A stretch of DNA of 64,000 nucleotides from Octopus sinensis (Eukaryota): positions 33,182,464-33,246,463 of the forward strand of contig NC_043011.1 in NCBI RefSeq assembly GCF_006345805.1, written 5' to 3'. How positions within the stretch are numbered: position 1 is the first letter of the stretch; each line of letters begins with the position of its first letter. Positions 58,889-64,000 of this stretch are shown here, piece after piece. The notes under the pieces are model-generated. The model saw only the letters and a program-made list of their open reading frames with translations, was not told where the DNA came from and ran no database searches. The translations under genes were made by a program, and so were the position numbers.

Positions 58889-59303
58889 TCAATGACATTA
58901 TCATTAACCATGGTGAAATGGCAGATTCGGTAGTGCAACGGACAGAATACCTTTACATTCTTTTGTTCGAATCACGCTGACGTTAGCTTTTCCTATTGTT
59001 CTTCAGGACGTGAATGATAGGGTTCGATAAAATAGAATATCAGCAACTAAAATTGATTGATTCGTGGCCTTGTATCTATGGTAAGAAAAAAAAAATCAAT
59101 ATTGATGATGATGGTGACGATGAGGATGAGGATGAGGATGATGATGATGATGATGATGATTATGACGACGTCGACATCAGCAATGATGGTGCTGGTGATA
59201 GATGATGATGATGACGATGATGATGATGAGGAGGATAATGATGACGATGATGAAAATTATGGTGGCAGTGGTAATGATGTTTTGTGTTAGTGATGAAGAC
59301 GAC

Positions 59304-59339
<36 letters not shown>

Positions 59340-59340
59340 T
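58725..59340. repeat. (CAT/CAC)n and (GAT)n trinucleotide tracts flanking a ~200-bp unique segment
   Basis: Direct inspection. Confidence 0.9.
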
Positions 59341-59654
59341 CATTATTTTCATCATCGTCGCGATTAGCCTTCGATTTTAAATTTAGATCGTCATAGTCTG
59401 ACTCAAACGTTTTCAAACAGCGTGAAGAACATGTACGTCATTTTCTAATCCCTCCTCGTAGACATCATAGGGGTTTAGACCAGAATAGACCAAAATAACA
59501 TCCGGGTCCGATAACATCATTTTATAACAGGGAGTGGAAAGCGTCCAGTTTGGGTGGGGCACTGAGCCAGGAAACTTGCTTAGTCTAGCCACGTAGCTTT
59601 GTGATTGATGAGTATTAAGCCTAACTACATCGATATTCATGATTCAATCTCGAG

Positions 59655-60100
59655 AATATTCTTTTCTACTTTAGGCACAAGGCCCGAAATGTTTTGGGAG
59701 GGGGCCAGTCGATTAGATCGACTCCAGTGTGCAACTGGTACTTAATTTATCGACCCCAAAAGGATGAAAGGCAAAGTCGACCTCGGCAGAATTTGAACTC
59801 GGAAGTAAAGACAGACGAAGTACTGCTAAGCATTTCGCCCGGCATGCTAACGTTTCTGCCAGCTCGCCGCCTTACGGCAGAGAAAATATTCTTTTCGATT
59901 CTGGGTACAATGCCCGACTTTTTTTGGGAGGGGGCCAGTCGATTAGATCGACCCCAGTGCGCAAATGGTATTTAATTTATCGACCCCAAAAAGATGAAAG
60001 GCGAAGCCGACCTCGGCGGAATTTGAACTCAGAACTTAAAGACAGACGAAATACCTATTTCTTTACTACTCACAAGGGGCTAAACACAGAGAGGAGAAAC
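59655..60100 (-). mobile_element. SINE family B dimer
   Basis: Family match. Confidence 0.85.
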
Positions 60101-61089
60101 AAGGTACCACGCAGTGGGACTGTTGTTTTTGTTTTTTCCCTTATCCACGCAGAAAATATGAGGAAGCCATTGTAACTGTCCGTGTCGACTCACAAATAAG
60201 AACTTTGAAGACATATTTTCGTAGATCGCAGAAACGAGAAATAAATAGAAAGAAACAAGAGTGAACTGGTATTTTTGAATGAAGCTTTTTCGTTATGAAC
60301 CATCAATGGAAATGTCTAGAACAGAAGTTTGCGATTAACTTTTGGCTTCATGAGGCAATGTAAAAAAAAAAAAAAAACCTCACTTCACAACTTTTAGCTT
60401 TTGTTTTAGTCATTGGATTGCGGCCATGCTGGAGCATCGCCTTGAGGGTTTTTAGTCGACCGAATCAATGCCTGTACTTTTTTTCCGAGATAGACTTTGC
60501 CTTTCATTTTTTCGGGGTCGATGTAATAAATACCAGTCAAGCACTAGAGTCATTGTAATTGACTTGTCCCCCAACCCTCCGCCTTAAAATCCCTGGCCTT
60601 GAGCTAAAATGAAACCATTAAAGGCTGACAGAACCATTAGCACAATGGAGAAAAAAATTGCTTAGCGACATTTTTTCGGCTTTTTACGTTCTGAATTCAA
60701 ACATTGCTAAGGTCGATATCGCCTTTCATCATTTCGAAGTTGATAAAATAAAGTAACAGTTTAGCAATTAGATCGTTATAATCGACTAACTTAATCTCCC
60801 AAAAATCGTTGACTAATGCCAAAATTAGAAAAACATTATCATCATTATTTTCAGATACAGTGTATCTTTTAATCTTTTATTCTTTTATTTGTTTCAGTCA
60901 TTTGACTGCGGCCATGCTGGAGCACCGCCTTTGGTCGAGGAGCAAATCGACCCCAGGATTTATTCTTTCTAAGCCTAGTACTTATTCTATCGGTCTCTTT
61001 TGCAGAACCGCTAAGTTACGGGAACGTAAACACACCAACATCAGTTATCAAGTGTAGGTGAGGGGGACAACACACACAGACACACACAC

Positions 61090-61150
<61 letters not shown>

Positions 61151-61256
61151 CATACATAAATTAGAAAGTTTGGAGATGATGTACAGGCATTATATATTAG
61201 AAGAAATGAGATACTCTGAAATCCTGATGGTTTTATATTTACAGATATTTATTAAA

Positions 61257-62056
61257 TACTAGCAGCATAGCCCGGCGTTGCCCGGGTATGTAAGAGCCCC
61301 TAGTAGGCAACGACTAATCCCAATCTAGTCCTTTCCCTCTAGGGAACGAAGGGGCATGTGTAGGTTGCAATGTCTTCTCTTCACTCCCAAATAACTATCA
61401 AACAGCTATCGATAATTCAACCCAACCTATTCCTACCAGGAAGAAATGACATTCGAGACTTTACCCCCAACACCGCCACTTCTGCTAATAGCTGCTGCAG
61501 CCCCAAGTTATTCGAATACTTTTTTTGTTTACACTTTCTTTATAACTACCACTCCAAACGTTTTACCTTAAATTTTTGACGTACCCTAAGGGTCCTCGGA
61601 CGCTACTTGCAAACTCTTGGTTTATTATAAACCGCTTTTGTCGTGTGCATCAAAAAACCTTTTCCATTCGTTTGTTCAGTTTGGTCACTTTTGACTTTTT
61701 CGTTGTTGTCACTTACATTGCTGCCCGCTTTTTTGCCGTTTTTGTACATTTTTATTCATTTTGGGATACTTACCCCACGTGTTCCGAGAGTTAAAAAGGT
61801 CGATTTGCGTCCCCTAGACAGTCTGTAGAAAATGTGTTGCGTATAAAAAGCTTAGATTCTCGACCCATGTCTAATTTATCGAATTTTTTTCAGAACTAGG
61901 GGAACTTTTCAAAATTTTCGCTGCGTTAGTTTTGAATTATGACATTGGGCTATGTGTGTGTCAAGTTTCATCAGAATCGGTTGAAAGCCGTGGTCAGGGT
62001 GAGGGTACAACCTGACAGACACACAGACACAAACTGCCGTTTATATATAGAGAGAT
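61257..62056 (+). mobile_element. Helentron/Lep1-like non-autonomous element
   Basis: tactagcagcatagcccggcgttgcccggg 5' end; acagacacacagacacaaactgccgtttatatatagagagat 3' end. Confidence 0.65.
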
Positions 62057-62080
62057 AAAACCATCCGGATTTCTTCTAAT

Positions 62081-62115
<35 letters not shown>

Positions 62116-62725
62116 GATATATATATATATATATATATATATACGGTGGGCTTCTTTCAGTTTCCGTCAACTAAATCCACTCACAAGGCTTTAGTCAACC
62201 CGAAGCTTTAGTGGAAGACACTTGCCCAAGGTGCCACGCAGTGGGACTGAACCCTGAACCATGTGGTTGGGAAGCAAGCCTCTTACCACACAGCCACTCC
62301 TGTTATATTTTTCAAAGTGTCCTGTCTTTATCTTTTCCGTCTTATTTTCCAAGTGACTCCGTCGGATACGACGGCGAGTGTTCCAGTTGATCCGACCAAT
62401 CAACGGAACAGCCAGCTCTTGAAATTAACGTGCAAGTGGCTGAGTACTCCACAGACACGCGTACCGTTAAAATAGTTCTCAGGGAGATTCAGCGTGACAC
62501 AATGTGACACGGCTCTCTCCTTTAAATTACCGGACAAAATTCATTTTTGTGAGCTGAATTTATTTACTTCCACCATGAAGTCAAAAGTTAATCTCGAACT
62601 TCTGTTCTAGACATTTCCTTGGTGGTTCATAACGAAAGAAAAGTTCATTCAAAAAGTATTTCTATTCCATTCTATTTATTTCTCCTTTTTGCGATCTACG
62701 AAAATAAGCTTTCATAGTTCTTATT

Positions 62726-63146
62726 CTTTTCTACTCTAGGCACAAGGCCCGAAAGTTTGTGTGTGTCGGGGGGGGGGGGGGCAGTCGATTAGATCGACTC
62801 AAGTACGCAACTGGTACTAAATTTATCGACCCCGAAAGGATGAAAGGCAAAGCCGACCTCGCCGGAATTTGAATTCAGAACGTAAAGACAGACGAAATAC
62901 CTATTTCTATTTCTTTACTACTCACAAGGGGCTAAACATAGAGAGGACAAACAAGGACAGACAAACGAATTAAGTCGATTACATCGACCTCAGTGCGCAA
63001 CTGGTACTTAATTTATCGATCCCGAAAGGATGAAAGGCAAAGTCGACTTCGGCGGAATTTGAACTCAGAACGTAACGGCAGATGAAATAAGGCTACGCAT
63101 TTCGCCCGGCGTGCTAACGTTTCTGCCAGCTCGCCGCCTTTTTCAA
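62726..63146 (-). mobile_element. SINE family B dimer with 10-bp TSD
   Basis: agttcttatt at 62716-62725 and 63147-63156. Confidence 0.88.
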
Positions 63147-63747
63147 AGTTCTTATTTGTGAGTCGACATGGACAGTTACAATGGCTTCCACATATTTTTA
63201 GCATTGATAAAAAGAAACAAGCATATAAACAAATACTTCGTCTTCTCCTTCTTCTTCTTCTTCGTTTAGGCACAAACCAAGATCCGCTCTTACAACATTG
63301 GTAATAATGGTTCCAAATTTTGGCACTCGAGCAGCTATTTTAGAGGAAGACGGCTAGTCGATTACATCGACTCCAATGCTCAACTGGTACTTATTTTATC
63401 GAACTTGAAAGGATCAAAAGCAAAGTCGATATCGGAGGAATTCGAACTCGGGGCATAAACTGGTGAAAGAAATGCCTCTCAGCACATCGCCTGATGTGCT
63501 AACGATTTTGCCAGCTCGCCGATAATGACTAATAAATTTTGACTTCATTCGCAAGAACAGTGACCTGTTTTGGTTTTTGTTAGAAAGTTTTATTTTGTTT
63601 TTTTTTGTTTTTGTTTTTCGTCTTTTGTTTCCTATTTTGCTTTAGTTCGTGTGTACGAAGAATATTCTGGAAGGCATTATCTTTGTGATTGCCTATGCAA
63701 TTCAATTGCTCTATGTTCATTGTTGTCATTGTTGCTGTTGCTGCTGT

Positions 63748-63780
<33 letters not shown>

Positions 63781-63951
63781 GGAGGAGGAGGAGGAGGAGA
63801 GAATGAAGCTGATGATGATGATGATGATTGAAATTATCATCATCATGAAGATGGTGAAATTGAAGATTATGTGATGATGACGATGATAATGATAACGATG
63901 ATGATGATGACGACAACCAGAGATGATGATGGTGACGACGACGACGACGAC

Positions 63952-63992
<41 letters not shown>

Positions 63993-64000
63993 CGATGATG
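63748..64000. repeat. (GAT/GAC)n tract
   Basis: Direct inspection. Confidence 0.95.

Larger units (their letters stand above)
60135..63215. repeat. Old long inverted repeat (~220-bp arms) with nested insertions
   Basis: 60135-60350 matches the reverse complement of 63147-63200 plus 62565-62725; the right arm is split by a SINE with TSD agttcttatt. Confidence 0.8.

Overview
AT-rich, microsatellite- and SINE-dense eukaryotic DNA. The SINE and LINE repertoire looks like an octopod cephalopod; this is inferred from memory of the families, not from a search. The left 27 kb hold one multi-exon minus-strand gene that I reconstructed exon by exon from splice signals and phase. It encodes a secreted mosaic protein: signal peptide - propeptide with RYRR furin-type site - [Cys-containing exon, frameshifted as assembled] - PAN - PAN - EGF - VWD (with GDPH) - C8 - TIL - TILa/E - EGF - VWA (MIDAS DxSxS), running off the left edge. 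It has a GC-AG intron and a candidate non-coding first exon and promoter at about 34.5-34.7 kb. The rest is TE debris (several tRNA-SINE families, R4/Dong-, RTE- and L1/Tx1-type LINE remnants, mariner/hAT/Tc2 MITEs, Helentron-like elements) and unusual repeat structures. These include a 488-bp tandem array ending in a circularly permuted inverted copy, a 71-bp-arm near-perfect hairpin, a perfect 22-bp array anchored on a palindrome, and microsatellite-bounded duplications. Some duplications show indel-type differences and may be assembly artefacts. No rRNA, tRNA gene or CRISPR array is supported. TE boundaries are approximate unless a TSD or TIR is quoted.
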